A DNA stretch of 64,000 nucleotides, from assembly GCF_009914755.1 (NCBI RefSeq), contig NC_060925.1. One strand, given 5' to 3'. Under the pieces are notes generated by a model. It was not told the origin of the DNA. It saw only the letters and a program-made list of their open reading frames with translations, and searched no databases. This DNA comes from the human T2T-CHM13v2.0 reference genome, Homo sapiens. This document shows, one piece after another, positions 61,501-64,000 of this stretch; position 1 is the stretch's first letter, and each line of letters starts with the position of its first letter. A program made the translations under genes and the position numbers.

Positions 61501-61740
61501 CTCTCTTAATTCCTGGAAATTTCCTGTATTCTGAAGTCTAGTTTGTCTGATAGTGTCAATAGTAATATACCCACTCCAGTTTTCTTTTAGTGTTTGAAAA
61601 GAATATTTTCCATTCTTTTAATTTATGTTATATTTATTTAAAGTATACTTCTTATAGACAGTATATAGTTGGGCTTTGTCTTTCATTAAGCCTGACAATA
61701 TCTTTTAAACTGGTGTGTTTACACTATTTACACGTAATGT
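58520..61740 (-). mobile_element. Large L1M relic (ORF2 and 3' region)
   Basis: ORF 61043-61363 reads DIYRALSPTTAGYTLFTSAHGTFIKIDNILGHK, an L1 endonuclease remnant; T-rich plus strand. Confidence 0.82.
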
Positions 61741-61925
61741 AATTATAGGCATACCTCAAAGATACTACAGGTTCAGTTCCAAACCACTACAATAAAGCAA
61801 GTCACTGAATTTTTTGGTTTCCCAGTGCATTTAAAAGTTGTATTTATACTATACTGTAGTCAATAGGTGTGTAATAGCATATGTCTAAAAAAAAAAAAAA
61901 AAAGTACTGTACCTACCTTAATTTA

Positions 61926-62247
<322 letters not shown>

Positions 62248-62274
62248 CTAAAAAAATGCTAACCATTGTGCCAT

Positions 62275-62565
62275 TATAGGTATGGTGACTCACGCCTATA
62301 ATCCCAACACTCTGGGAGGCCAAGGTAGGAGGATCCCTTGAACCCAGGAGCTCAAGATGATCCCAGGAAACACAGCAAGACCTCAACTCTACAAAAATTA
62401 AAAAATTACCCAGGCATGGTGGCACATGCCTGTAGTCCTAGCTACTCAGGACACTGAGGTGTGAGGATTGCTGGAGCATAGGAGTTCAAGGCTGCAGTGA
62501 ACTATGATCGTGCCACGCACTCCAGCCAGGGCAACAGAGTAAGACCCTGTCTCAAAAAAAAAAAA
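62275..62565 (+). mobile_element. AluJ-like element
   Basis: Diverged dimeric Alu with A tail. Confidence 0.82.
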
Positions 62566-63618
62566 ATGCTAAGGATCATCTAAGCCTTCCAGAACATTGT
62601 AATCTTTTTGCTAGTGGAGGGTTGTGCCTTGATATTGATGGCTGCTGCCTAATCAGAGTAGTGGTTGCTGAAGGTTGGGATGCCTGCAGAGCTTTCATAA
62701 AACAAGACCACAATGCAAGTTTGCTCCATCAATTGACTTTTCATGTCATAAAAGAGTACCATGCAATGCTATTTGACAGTATTTTACCATAGGCAGAACT
62801 TTCAAAATCATAGTCAATCTTCTCAAACCTTGCCATTGCTTTATCAACTAAGTTTAGGTAATATTCTAAATATTACATCTATATACCTTTAAAATCTCAC
62901 CAAACACTGCAGCCGAGCAGAAACTCTGCCACACCTCGGAGAGCCCAACGGACTCTAGCCATCTGCCAGAGCAGGGTTTCGCACTGTCTGTGGTGCCCTG
63001 GGTCACCGCTAACCATCCTCCAACACCGCCAATGGGGCCAAGGAGGCTGGGGATGAGACCCTCATACACACTTCAACCCACTTCGCTCTACTTGTTTTTG
63101 CCGTCTTAATTGGGGTGCAGAGAACATTTCATTTCAGAATTAAAAAAAAAAAAAAAACCTGAGAATCTCTGCTGTGGTCCTACCCCTTGGTACACACCCA
63201 AGGTCCAACAAGCATTAGTGATAAGTCACAAAGATAAGCCAGGGCTAGAAACCAGAACCGGCTCCCACCTCAGCACTCATCCACCAAAAAACCTACTGGT
63301 AAAGGCCACATGAGGCCCAAGCTCCAATGCTCCAAACGTGCACGCCACACAGGTGAATCTTGCTGCAAAGTGTGTACACATCAGCTGGAGGTTCACCAAG
63401 TCATCCCAGGAAATCAGTATGTGAACAGCAATAAAACCCATGATAAAACTGGTCTTATCAGGTTTACATAAAAACATCATACTAATCTTTCTAAAGGCAT
63501 ACCCATGACATGAAAAAAATTCTGTAAATGAAACATCTGCAAACATATTTGTGAACTTTTGCTTTTGAAAATGAATGAACTTGCTAGAAGCTCACCGGAG
63601 ATGCATAAGAAATACCTA

Positions 63619-63810
<192 letters not shown>

Positions 63811-64000
63811 CTAGAATTAAAACAAAGCACATCGGTGTATGAGTTATCACAGAAGTCACCTGGAGAGGGGAAATCAACAGTGCTTTCATGTGTAAAATTC
63901 AACGAGAGCTCAGTGTAGCAAGGGGCAGGGATCATCAGTTGCATTTTATAAAAGGAACTAGGGCAGGAGGAGGACATGGCATCCACAGTGCAGACAGTAG

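Overview
This is human genomic DNA: the internal part of NPHP4 (nephrocystin-4, 1p36) on the minus strand. I located 14 consecutive coding exons (canonical exons 10-23 as I recall the numbering). All have GT-AG boundaries and splice into one open frame of 2,196 nt (732 codons). The rest is intron containing Alu, L1, MIR, MER, Tigger1, MLT1 and LTR13 repeats plus several minisatellites. Most entries in the ORF track are chance or repeat-derived ORFs. I found no prokaryote-type system, CRISPR array or clear RNA gene. The most notable items are: (1) a 27-bp minisatellite in intron 18 whose nine units each carry a sense-strand 5' splice site; (2) a very young AluYb8 with a target-site duplication (TSD) in intron 22 that appears to be absent from the GRCh37/38 haplotype; (3) the exon 21 acceptor, a known polymorphic site, here in its AG form and backed by in-frame CAGs; (4) a sense-oriented solo LTR13 with an intact poly(A) signal; (5) an orphan L1 5'UTR patch, an Alu-born minisatellite, a MER53 hairpin and a short dispersed duplication. 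Repeat family names and reference comparisons come from recall, not from database searches.
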